Part shown: piece by piece, positions 36,225 to 46,054 of the stretch | Numbering within the stretch: position 1 is the first letter of the stretch | Layout of the letters: every line of letters starts with the position of its first letter | Assembly (NCBI GenBank): GCA_016180945.1 | Contig: JACPAG010000003.1 | Span: 39,312-103,311, forward strand | Reading direction: 5' to 3' | Origin: Candidatus Aenigmatarchaeota archaeon | Lineage (GTDB): Archaea; Aenigmatarchaeota; Aenigmatarchaeia; GW2011-AR5 | Length of the DNA stretch: 64,000 nt | Translations under genes and position numbers: made by a program | The notes under the pieces: generated by a model | What the model was told of the DNA's origin: nothing | The model's input: only the letters and a program-made list of their open reading frames with translations | The model's database searches: none

Positions 36225-38549
36225 TTACCAGTCCAGAGGCCTTTTCCACGCCTCCCTTAATTCCTCTATATCCGCATCAATAATTTTTTTGCCGTTTGAC
36301 CGGACAACAAATTTTTTCTCGTCTGTTGTATAACCTATCTCTGTTCCATTGCCGTTCATAGCAGCCTCGAATTCTTCTTTCATCTCCGGGTCGACTTCCA
36401 CAATGAACCTGCTGTTGGATTCGGAAAACAGAATGCTGTCATTCCTCGTCCCTATTTTTTTCAGGTCTATTTCCGCGCCAAGATCGCCGGCAAAAGCCAT
36501 CTCGGCCGCAGCAACGGCCAGCCCGCCTTCCGAGCAGTCATGGCAGGATTTTACCATGCCCATGGATGTTGCATTGCCGAGGCTGTCGAATATCAGCTTT
36601 GCTTTTTTTGCATCCACCTTTGGAACGTTGTTTCCGGTATAGCCGCGCAAATAATAGTATTGCGAGCCGCCCAGTTCGTCCAGCGTCTCGCCTATGATGT
36701 ACACAAGATTGTCTGCTTTTTTGAAATCCATTGATACCGCCTTTTTGATGTCGGGCATGACAGAAATTGCAGATATCAGCAGCGTTATCGGAACAGACAC
36801 TGTCCTGTTCCCGGTTTTTATTTCGTTGTGCAGGCTGTCCTTGCCGGATATAAACGGCACGCCAAAGCCGGTGGAAAAATCATAACACCCTTTGGCAGCG
36901 CGGACAAGGTCGCCTAATTTTTCTTCATTCGGCCTGCCAAGGCAGAAATTATCCAGGATAGCCGTTTGTTTGAGCGAGCCGCCCACTGCTATGATATTCC
37001 GCAGCGCTTCATCTATTCCGCTGGCTGCCATCCAATACGGGTCTATTAATCCGTACAGCGGATTGGTTCCGTTGGAAACTATTATACCCCTGTCAGAATC
37101 AAAGAACGGCCGTACAATAGACGCGTCGCCCGGTCCGTCATTGTAAACGCCCTGCAGCGGCTTCAGTACACTAGTCCCCTGTACCTCGTGGTCGTATTGC
37201 CGGACAACGAATTCCTTGCTGCATACCGTCCACGAAGAAAGAATTCTTTTTAGACATCCTGTCAGGTCCTTTTCTCCGTCCGGTTCAGGAAAGTTTTTTT
37301 TCCTCCATACAGCCCTTTTGGTGGTCACCGGATTTCCGTTGTGCAGAAAATTGCAGTCAAGCACACAGACAATTTTCCCCTTGAAGCGCAGCGTTATTTT
37401 TTTGTCGCTGGTGAACTTTCCGATAACCGCTGCTTCGACGTCCTCGCCTTTGCAGACGTCCAAAAATTCCCTTAGGTTCGGCGGTTTCACGGCAACTATC
37501 ATCCTTTCCTGGGATTCCGAGACCCATATTTCCCATGGTTCCAGTCCGGCGTATTTCAGCGGGGCTTTTTCCAAATCCACCAGACAACCCGTATCCCTGG
37601 CCATTTCCCCGACAGCAGATGAAAAACCTCCTGCGCCGCAATCGGTTATGCAGCTATAAAGGCCGCTGTCCCTTGCCTGAAGAATCGCATCAAGAACCTT
37701 TTTCTCTTCTATCGGGCTTCCTATCTGCACGGCGCTCGTAGGGCTTGTTTCTTCCAGTTCTGTAGAAGAGAACGTCGCGCCGTGTACGCCATCCCTGCCG
37801 GTGCGGCCGCCTACGGCAACAATCAAATCGCCGGGCATCGCCTTTTTCTTGTGCATGTTCTTTGGCATTATGCCCGCTGTGCCGCAGAAAACCAGCGGTG
37901 CAAGGAACGATTCATGAAAATGTATCGAGCCGTTTATGGTAGGAATGCCCATAGGATTGCCGTAATCCCTGACGCCCGCAACGACGCCTAAAAATATCCT
38001 CTTTGGGTGAAGCACGCCTTCCGGCGGCTTCATGTCAGGAGGTGCAAAGCAGAAAACATCCGTGTTGAAAATGGGCTTTGCGCCAAGTCCTGCTCCGAGT
38101 ACGTCCCGAATAACGCCGCCTACGCCGGTCCCCGCCCCTCCGTACGGGTCCAAAGCAGAAGGATGATTATGTGTCTCGACCTTGAAAGCGATATCGTGGT
38201 CCCCGTCAAAAGAAATTATGCCGGCATTGTCGGAAAAAACAGAGACAAGAAAATCGTTTTTTAACTTTTCAGTCGCCCCCCTGATGTACGTTCTGAAAAG
38301 GCTGTTTATAATCTCCTTTTTCCCGGTCTCTTCGTATTCTATAACCCCGTTGAAGATTTTGTGCTTGCAATGCTCGCTCCACGTCTGGGCTATAGTTTCT
38401 AGCTCGACATCCGTCGGATTCCTTTTAAGTTTTTTATAGTAGCTTTGTATGGCTTTCATCTCTTCCAGACTGAGGGATAAAAGCATGCGTTTGCTGATTT
38501 CTTCGAGTTCAGCATCATCCTTGTTCAAAATGCTTATTTCATTGTTCAT
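36225..38549 (-). CDS. purL: FGAM synthase subunit PurL
   Basis: QTWSEHCKHK, KVETHNHPS, DCGAGG, SESQERM, QYDHEV, HDCSEGG. Confidence 0.97.
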   Translation of the reverse strand: MNNEISILNKDDAELEEISKRMLLSLSLEEMKAIQSYYKKLKRNPTDVELETIAQTWSEHCKHKIFNGVIEYEETGKKEIINSLFRTYIRGATEKLKNDFLVSVFSDNAGIISFDGDHDIAFKVETHNHPSALDPYGGAGTGVGGVIRDVLGAGLGAKPIFNTDVFCFAPPDMKPPEGVLHPKRIFLGVVAGVRDYGNPMGIPTINGSIHFHESFLAPLVFCGTAGIMPKNMHKKKAMPGDLIVAVGGRTGRDGVHGATFSSTELEETSPTSAVQIGSPIEEKKVLDAILQARDSGLYSCITDCGAGGFSSAVGEMARDTGCLVDLEKAPLKYAGLEPWEIWVSESQERMIVAVKPPNLREFLDVCKGEDVEAAVIGKFTSDKKITLRFKGKIVCVLDCNFLHNGNPVTTKRAVWRKKNFPEPDGEKDLTGCLKRILSSWTVCSKEFVVRQYDHEVQGTSVLKPLQGVYNDGPGDASIVRPFFDSDRGIIVSNGTNPLYGLIDPYWMAASGIDEALRNIIAVGGSLKQTAILDNFCLGRPNEEKLGDLVRAAKGCYDFSTGFGVPFISGKDSLHNEIKTGNRTVSVPITLLISAISVMPDIKKAVSMDFKKADNLVYIIGETLDELGGSQYYYLRGYTGNNVPKVDAKKAKLIFDSLGNATSMGMVKSCHDCSEGGLAVAAAEMAFAGDLGAEIDLKKIGTRNDSILFSESNSRFIVEVDPEMKEEFEAAMNGNGTEIGYTTDEKKFVVRSNGKKIIDADIEELREAWKRPLDW

Positions 38550-38607
38550 TTCCAAAACACCTAATATGATGGAATTCGCCTTACGGCAGTAATGGAAATC
38601 AGAGGCC

Positions 38608-39060
38608 CTACGCACCCTTGACCTTACTTTGTCTTTTGATTGTATAGTACTGTATTAACGTATTTGCAAGCAGTTTTTCGCAGATTATTTTTACCTGCGC
38701 TTCCGGCAGTTTTCCTTTTATTGCATAAGCCTTTGCCGTTTTTACATGCGGCTTTTTGCCGAGTATATCGGCAATCCCTTCCGCCGTTGCCTGGGCAGCG
38801 TTGTCTGTAACGCCTTCTAAAAAGCCGACTTCTACGAGCCAGTCATAATCAGAAAAAAAAGCATCCGAATACGACTGGGTTATTTTGTCCGTTAACAATT
38901 CCCTTGCCACGCGTCCCGCTTCCTTCGCCGTCAGGTCAATCACATAAACATCAGCCGTTCTTACAGACTGGACGGCTATATTTAGGTCGTTCCGTATCGC
39001 CGCCTTAATATGCTCGCCAAATCCGTCCTTTCGGGTGAATCCTACTTCTATCCGTGCCAT
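38608..39060 (-). CDS. purS: PurS-like subunit (tandem double domain)
   Basis: Two PurS-like halves (LLTDKITQSY; GVTDN...LLANTLIQYY) upstream of purL. Confidence 0.8.
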   Translation of the reverse strand: MARIEVGFTRKDGFGEHIKAAIRNDLNIAVQSVRTADVYVIDLTAKEAGRVARELLTDKITQSYSDAFFSDYDWLVEVGFLEGVTDNAAQATAEGIADILGKKPHVKTAKAYAIKGKLPEAQVKIICEKLLANTLIQYYTIKRQSKVKGA

Positions 39061-39072
39061 AAAAATCCTCGT

Positions 39073-39630
39073 TTACTTTTCCCTGATGTAAAACAGCATC
39101 AAAGTTGAAATGAAAATTATTGATGCAGTCACGTAAAATATTATTTTGAAGCCCATCTGCCCAACTACGAAGCCGCCGCCCATCATCGAGAGTGCCGCCA
39201 TAATTCCGACTATTGCATGGTATCTGCCTATATCCGCGCCCCTTTTTGCCTTCTTTGTGATATCGCCTAAAAATGTGGCTTCCATCGTAGCCTGCATGGA
39301 GCTTGTAACCCCGTTTATAATCTGCAGAATATACAACTGCACTAACGATGTTATTAAAGTATATGCGAATACAACGCCCGTTAAAATAAATCCCCCTACA
39401 ATCAGAAACACTTTTCTGCCAACCTTGTCAGAATACCTGCCTACGTAATAGGAAGTTATTGATTGTGCAAGCATCATAAGCCCTATGGCGAACCCGAATT
39501 GTTCTATGCTCCCGCCGAAATCCTGCAAAAATATAATCCAGAACGGCACGAACAAACCTGACGCAAATGCCAATATGGAATTTGAAAACAGGAAAAGCCT
39601 GTAATTTCCTAATCTGCTTAGCATAATCAT
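39073..39630 (-). CDS. Half-size MFS transporter (6 TM)
   Basis: MFS motif A GRYSDKVGRK; only 185 aa. Confidence 0.75.
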   Translation of the reverse strand: MIMLSRLGNYRLFLFSNSILAFASGLFVPFWIIFLQDFGGSIEQFGFAIGLMMLAQSITSYYVGRYSDKVGRKVFLIVGGFILTGVVFAYTLITSLVQLYILQIINGVTSSMQATMEATFLGDITKKAKRGADIGRYHAIVGIMAALSMMGGGFVVGQMGFKIIFYVTASIIFISTLMLFYIREK

Positions 39631-40631
39631 CCCAGAACAATTCTTTTGCCTTTGTACAGCGCTACAATGCCTTTGCTTGTCACCGTTCCTATGACTTCGC
39701 TCTGGACATGTTTGTTGAGAATACCCAGTGCATTATCAGCATTCCACTTGTTTACGACAACGGCAAATCCCCATCCCATGTTGAACGTCCTCAGCATCTC
39801 CTTGTCATTTATGCGGCCTGTTTTTTGTATCAGGTCAAAGAGAGGCTGCGGCCTGAAATTATAAAACTCAAAGCCGGCGCTGATTTTGCCGAACTTCAGG
39901 TAGGCGTCGCCTGTTATGTTAACCGCAGCGAGAACATTGACGTTCTTGCACAAATCCAGAACAGGCTTTACATATATGGCCGTCGGCTCCAGGCATTCAA
40001 GCACAAGCTCTTTGTCAAATCCGTCTATTGTTTTGAACCTGTCAAAAGCCCCGCCCCATTTTTTGAACAGGACTTTTCTGGCCAGGGAAAATCCGTTTGA
40101 ATGAAGGCCGGAACTCCTGAGTCCTATAACTATATCCCCTACTTTGACGCTTCCCCTTATGATTTTATCCTTTTCAACCTCGCCAACGCAGTCGCAGTTT
40201 ATGTGGTAGTCTGCGTTCAGCAGCTCAGGCACATCAGCCGTTTCGCCGCCGACTAACGAACATCCAGCCTCTTCCGCGCCGGCCTTTAACCCTTTATACA
40301 ATTCTCTTATCGTGCGCGGCAATGATTTTTTTATGTCTATTATGTCCGTAACAGCCAGCGGCTCCGCCCCGCATCTTATGCAGTCATTGGCGACATTTGC
40401 CACGGCGTCTATGCCTATGGTATCGTGCTTGTTTGCCAGCTGCGCCAGCAGGACTTTTGTGCCGACGCCGTCCGCCGTCTTGACAAAATATCTGCCATCC
40501 ATAGGATACAATAGATTGAAGGGCGTCTTGACAAGTTTTCCGTATTTCGAAGCCGGATTAAAATCCATGTATTTTTTTGCCGCGCTTCTTACTTTCCTGT
40601 CAACACCGGCGGCAGAATACGTTTTAGCCAT
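39627..40631 (-). CDS. purM: AIR synthetase
   Basis: YSAAGVD, DGVGTK, GGETA, SSGLHSNGFSL, TFNMG. Confidence 0.96.
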   Translation of the reverse strand: MAKTYSAAGVDRKVRSAAKKYMDFNPASKYGKLVKTPFNLLYPMDGRYFVKTADGVGTKVLLAQLANKHDTIGIDAVANVANDCIRCGAEPLAVTDIIDIKKSLPRTIRELYKGLKAGAEEAGCSLVGGETADVPELLNADYHINCDCVGEVEKDKIIRGSVKVGDIVIGLRSSGLHSNGFSLARKVLFKKWGGAFDRFKTIDGFDKELVLECLEPTAIYVKPVLDLCKNVNVLAAVNITGDAYLKFGKISAGFEFYNFRPQPLFDLIQKTGRINDKEMLRTFNMGWGFAVVVNKWNADNALGILNKHVQSEVIGTVTSKGIVALYKGKRIVLG

Positions 40632-40656
40632 GCTTTAACAATTCCGTGAAAGAATT

Positions 40657-40859
40657 TATAGTTAACCAAGGAAACAAATAGGGTATTACTTCCTTGGTTT
40701 ACTACACGCAGAAAACAAAGTTTTCTGGTGCACCAACTCGAGGAAAGCAAAGCTTTCCTGAGTCTCCAGAAACCTCTGTTTCTGAGAGAAAAGCTTTGCT
40801 TTTTGAGTGTATGTAAAACCAGAAATATTATATGCTTATTCTTTTCTGGTTTCACTATA
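40657..40859 (-). mobile_element. TATAG...CTATA element (family R3), 203 bp
   Basis: Colinear with 52311-52568 in reverse orientation; terminal hairpins and AAAGC-NNN-GCTTT modules. Confidence 0.75.
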
Positions 40860-40868
40860 AAAACGAAT

Positions 40869-41807
40869 TTAATCTGGATTTGGATTAAATACCACATTTT
40901 CGGTATTATTTCTAAATGCATTCTCCATTAACACCTGTTCCCCAAGCTTGTCATAGCTTGTTTTTTCAAAGAAGGAAACAGCATCGTCAAATCCTTCTAT
41001 TGTATTGTTTTTTATTGTAGGGAAGCCGCTGCCGACAATTATCCCTCCCCACCCTGCTTTGTAACCCCCCGGATTCTTGAATCTTGGGCTGGGGCCAAAC
41101 CGGTTATTGATTATAGTCGGTGAGCTTCTTAGTATGTCTACGACTTCATGCCCGGAGTCATGAACCCAATTATTCTCGATTAAAATATCTGTGCTGTCGT
41201 GGATGCATATGGGGCACTCCCCGACATTGTGGAGTTCACTGTTCGTCAGGTTAGCCCCTGTCTTCAGGTCCATGGCCCTGTAATCCCTTATTTCCGCATA
41301 GGAGACGACCCCGCTTTCTATATGAAACGTGTTCCAGTCGTATCTTGTCGGCTCTGGGCTGCCTGACTTTATTAGGATTTTATTATCCCGAGTTCCGGTC
41401 GCATTCAGGAAACCTTCAATCCATATTGTAACATGGTTTTCTTCATCCCTGTAGGGCTCTCCTTGGTGAATATACTGGTCCCTTTCCTTGGCAATGCCCT
41501 TCTTCAGCCAGAAAGGAATTGTCATCAAATTGCCGGCGTCTTTATTGGCAGCAACCAGAACTTTTGTCCCCGGCTTTATTATCAGCTTGACACCCTTGGG
41601 CACTATGATGTCTCCGGCAACGCGAATCTCGCCTGACCAGACCTCATCCGAAGTTATGTAGCCGAGCCTTTCCGTATCAGCCATCTCATTTACGCTGTCC
41701 GAAGCTTTGGGGTATACCGCATCAAATGCAACCTTTCCGACGGCCGCTGCAACAGCAATAAAAACAACAGCAAAAACGGCACGGAAAATCTTTTTCCCGA
41801 CTTTCAT
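40869..41807 (-). CDS. Membrane-anchored right-handed beta-helix protein
   Basis: N-terminal hydrophobic segment; VPKGVKLIIKPGTKV, IENNWVH, PTIINN, PTIKNNTI repeats. Confidence 0.75.
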   Translation of the reverse strand: MKVGKKIFRAVFAVVFIAVAAAVGKVAFDAVYPKASDSVNEMADTERLGYITSDEVWSGEIRVAGDIIVPKGVKLIIKPGTKVLVAANKDAGNLMTIPFWLKKGIAKERDQYIHQGEPYRDEENHVTIWIEGFLNATGTRDNKILIKSGSPEPTRYDWNTFHIESGVVSYAEIRDYRAMDLKTGANLTNSELHNVGECPICIHDSTDILIENNWVHDSGHEVVDILRSSPTIINNRFGPSPRFKNPGGYKAGWGGIIVGSGFPTIKNNTIEGFDDAVSFFEKTSYDKLGEQVLMENAFRNNTENVVFNPNPD

Positions 41808-41883
41808 ATTTTTAACATAGTGCCCGTCCTTATTTGAAGCTTTATAAACATCATTTTAAAAATATGCCACTGCAAATAACCTT

Positions 41884-42051
41884 ATGCTTAAAAAAGAGCT
41901 TTTGGACATCCTCGCCTGCCCCAAATGCAAGGGAGACATAGAATACGACAAAAAGAAGAACAAGCTCCTGTGCCGCAAATGCCGCCTTAAATACAGCGTT
42001 CTTGAAGGCGACATCCCGGACATGCTGATAGAAGACGCGGAGAAGTTTTGA
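41884..42051 (+). CDS. Trm112 family protein (not in ORF track)
   Basis: MLKKELLDILACPKCKG...LLCRKC...Y....DIPDML. Confidence 0.9.
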   Translation: MLKKELLDILACPKCKGDIEYDKKKNKLLCRKCRLKYSVLEGDIPDMLIEDAEKF

Positions 42052-42389
42052 TGCCTTTTATTCCTGGCTTCTTAAGAGGACGTCGAGGAAATTATTCCAC
42101 TCCTCAGGAGCCTAAGACAATAGGTGTAGAAATGGGTATAGTACTAGTTACTGCCGATGGTCTCGAATCACCTCCTTATTTCTTCTGGGCCAATTGGAAT
42201 TATTCGGCAAGTGGCAAAGTAGTCGTGAGAGGCAAAGAATATCCATTACAAAGAAATGTCGGAATTCCTGTTGATTTAGACCCCCGTGCCCCTGAAGTTA
42301 CTCTTGTATTGACAGACGGAAATGGAGGAGTATTTCGTAAAACTAGGTTATACGATCCGGACTCCCCTGACCACTTAAAAGACGCCTAA
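42051..42389 (+). CDS. Orphan ORF coupled to trm112 (TGATG)
   Basis: 112 aa, stop/start overlap, atypical codons. Confidence 0.5.
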   Translation: MPFIPGFLRGRRGNYSTPQEPKTIGVEMGIVLVTADGLESPPYFFWANWNYSASGKVVVRGKEYPLQRNVGIPVDLDPRAPEVTLVLTDGNGGVFRKTRLYDPDSPDHLKDA

Positions 42390-42604
42390 TTTATTCCTTG
42401 CGCCAGTTTTAATATTTCTGATTATAAGTAATTTTTCAGTAAGGGAAATCTACAAAGAGCGAAGCTCTTTGAGATGCCAAAGGATTTCTTAATCCTTTGA
42501 GCATGAGTATGAGATAGAGAGAAACCAATTCATAATGGAAGTAGGGTTGATAAGGAATAAAAGGGAATTGGGATGATAAGGGAAAACCGTAGGTTTGCCC
42601 TTAT

Positions 42605-42731
42605 GCTGAGATGGCGGAGCTTGGTCCAACGCGCAAGCCTGGAACGGCCCTTTTCTGCGGAAAAGCGCCGGCGGAAAAACGGCAAGCTTGTATGCCTCGT
42701 GCATGCGGGAGTTCAAATCTCCCTCTCAGCG
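42605..42731 (+). tRNA. tRNA-Ser(GGA) with 40-nt intron at 37/38 (42645-42684)
   Basis: GCTGAGA/TCTCAGC acceptor, D-arm GCGGAG..GGT, CAAGC/GCTTG anticodon stem, long variable arm, GTTCAAATC T-loop. Confidence 0.9.
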
Positions 42732-42843
42732 CTGACATGGATTGTAATTTTCTGTATAGAGTGTTGATTAGAATTAAGGCTTACTTGCAGAAAGTCAAAG
42801 CTGAAAAGGATATATATTTAATCACCCATCAATAAAGTTACCT

Positions 42844-44235
42844 ATGCGTCCTGTGCTTGCGAATCTGGGGTTTGTTCTGCAGATTGGCGGGTTCTTCATA
42901 ACATTGCCTGTCGCAGTTGCTTTTTTCTACAACGAAACCCAGCCGCTGATTGCGTTTTTTATAACAGGTTTCGCGCTTTTTATACTGGGTTTTTTATTGA
43001 ACGCGTTCTCCGAAAGGAAGGAAATGGACATAAAGTCATCTTCTATTCTAATCACGGCGACATTCTTCCTTTTAGGGCTTTTCGGTTCTATCCCGTATTT
43101 CTATATTAACATGTTTAATGACGCGGATATTTTCGCGCGATTTACAAATAACTATTTTGAGAGCATATCCGGCTACACGACAACCGGCTTCAGCCTGTTA
43201 ACGAATATAGATTCCCTTCCCAAATCAATAGTATTTTACCGCGGTCTGACGCAGTTCATAGGAGGTTTGGGGATAGTTTTTATACTGCTGGCCTTTTTCT
43301 ACAAAGGCGACACCATAGACTATCTTAGGCGGGTAATGGGGTTGTTAAAGGTCACGGATAGCATAAAAAAATCATTTTTATACGTGCTGGCTATTTACAG
43401 CTTCTATATAGCCGTATTCACAGCCGCTCTGTATTTCCTCGGCTTTACAGACCTTGTAAATACGGTATCCGTGGTTTTCGGTTCCCTCATGACAGGGGGA
43501 CTGTCGCCCGTAAGCGACTTTTCCAGATTTTTGGTATTTCCGGCAAATATAATAATAATTCTTAGCATGTTCTTGGGAGCGACAACATTCGCAATACACT
43601 TCAGGCTTCTTACAGGAAAATTCAGAAAGGCAATGACAAGCGAGCTTATCGCTTTTATTTTGATAATCTTAGGGTTTACAGCACTCCTGACATTCTACTA
43701 TAACATCGAAGCCTCCTTATCCCTTTTCACTGTTGTAAGCGCGTCTTCTACCACCGGCTATAGTACAGTGAACATTTCGGCGTTTAGTGAAACGCTTAAG
43801 ATAATCTTTGTATTTCTGATGATAATAGGAGGTACCAGCGTTTCGACAGCGGGCGGCATGAAAATCTTGAGGCTGTTGGTATACCTGAAAGCTGTGCCGT
43901 GGGCTGTAAGATGGGCTGTATACGGAAAAGAGCAAAAATTTGTGTTTGACGAAAGGGAATTTACGCCGTCAGAAATAATACTCAGCTTGTTGGTAACGCT
44001 GATGGCATTGACCACTATAGTAGTTTCTGCAGTTATCTTTACGGCCGCCGGCTTTCCTTTCATAAACTCCTTGTTTGAATCCGCCTCTGCGTTCGCAACT
44101 GCCGGCTTGTCAACAGGAATAGTGTCTCTGTCTCTGGCCCCCGCCTTGAAATGGCTGCTGGCTCTTGTAATGATATTGGGCAGAATAGAGATAATACCTT
44201 TCCTGATTATATTCACAAGAAAGAAGGCGACTTAA
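42844..44235 (+). CDS. trkH: Trk potassium uptake membrane protein
   Basis: FESISGYTTTGFS, SASSTTGYS, STAGGMKILR, SAFATAGLS, GRIEI. Confidence 0.92.
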   Translation: MRPVLANLGFVLQIGGFFITLPVAVAFFYNETQPLIAFFITGFALFILGFLLNAFSERKEMDIKSSSILITATFFLLGLFGSIPYFYINMFNDADIFARFTNNYFESISGYTTTGFSLLTNIDSLPKSIVFYRGLTQFIGGLGIVFILLAFFYKGDTIDYLRRVMGLLKVTDSIKKSFLYVLAIYSFYIAVFTAALYFLGFTDLVNTVSVVFGSLMTGGLSPVSDFSRFLVFPANIIIILSMFLGATTFAIHFRLLTGKFRKAMTSELIAFILIILGFTALLTFYYNIEASLSLFTVVSASSTTGYSTVNISAFSETLKIIFVFLMIIGGTSVSTAGGMKILRLLVYLKAVPWAVRWAVYGKEQKFVFDEREFTPSEIILSLLVTLMALTTIVVSAVIFTAAGFPFINSLFESASAFATAGLSTGIVSLSLAPALKWLLALVMILGRIEIIPFLIIFTRKKAT

Positions 44236-44327
44236 ATCTGGCGTATGTAAATATCTAAGTTATCTTTATTTGTGGTAATGTGTATAGTAATGCAGGAATC
44301 CAAAAACAGTGGTTATCAAGAAATAAT

Positions 44328-44361
44328 ATGGCAATCGACTTTTGCCGGAGCAAAAGGGGAT
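44328..44361 (+). repeat. R1 element containing the start codon of the CBS gene
   Basis: ATGGCAATC-GA-CTTTTGC-CGGA-GCAAAAG-GG-GATG. Confidence 0.85.
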
Positions 44362-44797
44362 GTTTGGCGGGATAATAAAAAATTACAAGCTGGCAGAAAT
44401 TGCGGAGAAATGCGACTCCATAAGCGCGAAAGCTACCGTTCTGGACTTCGTAAATCTCGCGCGGCAGAAAAACGCAGAGGTCATGCCTGTTGTTGATGAG
44501 GATGAAAGAGTAATCGGGATAGTAACGGAAAAAGACCTTCTCAAGCTGGTTAAGATAGAAGGACCGGCATCCAACTATCCTATTATAGAGAAAAGCCTGC
44601 CTAAAGAAGTGGTTAACAGGCCCATAACATCTATAATGACACAAAATCCTGTTCTGCTGAAAGAAACGTCATCTCTTGAAGACGCCATGAACCTGATCCT
44701 GAACCATGACTTCAGGCGAGTTATCGTAGTCGATTCGCAGAACCGCCTTGTCGGCAAGCTGAGGATTGCCGACATTATACATCAGCTTTCTAAGTGA
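44360..44797 (+). CDS. CBS-domain pair protein
   Basis: MPVVD...VIGIVTEKDL; IMT.NP...VIVVD...LVG. Confidence 0.88.
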   Translation: MFGGIIKNYKLAEIAEKCDSISAKATVLDFVNLARQKNAEVMPVVDEDERVIGIVTEKDLLKLVKIEGPASNYPIIEKSLPKEVVNRPITSIMTQNPVLLKETSSLEDAMNLILNHDFRRVIVVDSQNRLVGKLRIADIIHQLSK

Positions 44798-44825
44798 GTA
44801 CAAAATGCAAATAAAAATAGATAAT

Positions 44826-44893
44826 ATGGCATACGACTATGGCGCTTATAGCGACAGAGGGGTATTTGGCGCTTATAGCGACAGAGGGGTATT
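44826..44893 (+). repeat. R1 variant with 27-bp tandem duplication of the RBS half
   Basis: TGGCGCTTATAGCGACAGAGGGGTATT twice; near-identical to the 23447 copy. Confidence 0.8.
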
Positions 44894-46045
44894 ATGACAG
44901 ACCTGTTTCTTGGAATAGCAATCCTTTTGTTTTCTGCCAAATTATTAGGCGAACTTTTCGAGCGGCTTAACCTTTCTTCGCTGGTAGGGGAAATTTTTGC
45001 AGGCATAATAGTCGGCCCTGTTCTCGGGCTTGTAATGCCGTCAGAAGACTTGCGCCTGGTCACGAATTTCGGTATTCTGCTGCTGCTGTTTTTGATAGGG
45101 CTTTCTACAAAGTTTGACGAGGTGAAGAGCAACGTTTATGTCGGAAGCGCCCTTGCAATAGGCGGCTGCACCCTTGCGTTTCTGGGAGGCTTTTTAGTCG
45201 GCTATCTGGTTTTCAACAGCGTTCAGGTAGGCATAATACTCGGCGTTGCAGTCATATCAACAAGCACCGCCATAACGTTGCGTTCGCTCACTGACATAGG
45301 CGCCTTCCAGTCGAAGCCTTACAAGCTGGCACTGGCGATAGACATAGCAGACGAGGTCATAGCTATAATGGCGCTGGCTTTGCTGACAAGCTATTTCTCT
45401 TTTGGGGCTGTTGAGATATGGAAGGTTGTGACATTGTTCCTAGCAGTATTGGGCTTCTTCTTTTTCATCCTCACCGCCGGCTCAAAGATTTTAGGAAAGT
45501 TCCTGTCATTGTTCCAGACAATGCGCGACGAGCAGATCGTGCTTTCCATACCGCTTGTCATCCTTTTCTTTATAGCATTTGTCAGCGAGCATGTCGGTGT
45601 CGCCGCCGTAACAGGCGCGTTTCTTGCAGGAGTCGCAATAAACAAATCCCCCCTCGTCGAGCCTGTAATTGTGCCCAAAGTCAAGGCAATGTCTTACGGA
45701 TTTTTCGTCCCGATGTTTTTCGCCTATTCGGCCGTTCTTTTGGACGTGAAATCAGTCATAACGTTCTTCCCGGCCATACTAGCACTAATAGCAACCGTTT
45801 CTTTAGGAAAAGTTCTTGGGTGCGGATTTCTGGCCAAATATTTCGGTTATAACGGTTTTGACCAGAAACTCATAGGCATAGGCATGATACCGCACGGCGA
45901 ATATAGCATCATCATCGCCCAGCTGGCCCTGCTCGGCGGCTTCATAAAGCCGGAGCTGTACACAATCGTAATAGCGTTTGTTATCATAAGCATCGTCATT
46001 ACGCCCCTGCTGCTGAAACTGGTAAACGGCAGGAATAGGTTTTAA
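44894..46045 (+). CDS. Cation:proton antiporter (CPA2)
   Basis: VGEIFAGIIVGP, STSTAI, GAFLAG, FFVPMFF, GMIPHGE. Confidence 0.92.
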   Translation: MTDLFLGIAILLFSAKLLGELFERLNLSSLVGEIFAGIIVGPVLGLVMPSEDLRLVTNFGILLLLFLIGLSTKFDEVKSNVYVGSALAIGGCTLAFLGGFLVGYLVFNSVQVGIILGVAVISTSTAITLRSLTDIGAFQSKPYKLALAIDIADEVIAIMALALLTSYFSFGAVEIWKVVTLFLAVLGFFFFILTAGSKILGKFLSLFQTMRDEQIVLSIPLVILFFIAFVSEHVGVAAVTGAFLAGVAINKSPLVEPVIVPKVKAMSYGFFVPMFFAYSAVLLDVKSVITFFPAILALIATVSLGKVLGCGFLAKYFGYNGFDQKLIGIGMIPHGEYSIIIAQLALLGGFIKPELYTIVIAFVIISIVITPLLLKLVNGRNRF

Positions 46046-46054
46046 ATATATTGA

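Noticed and set aside
42489..42835. ORFs overlapping 42605-42731
   Set aside because: The region is explained by the tRNA-Ser gene.
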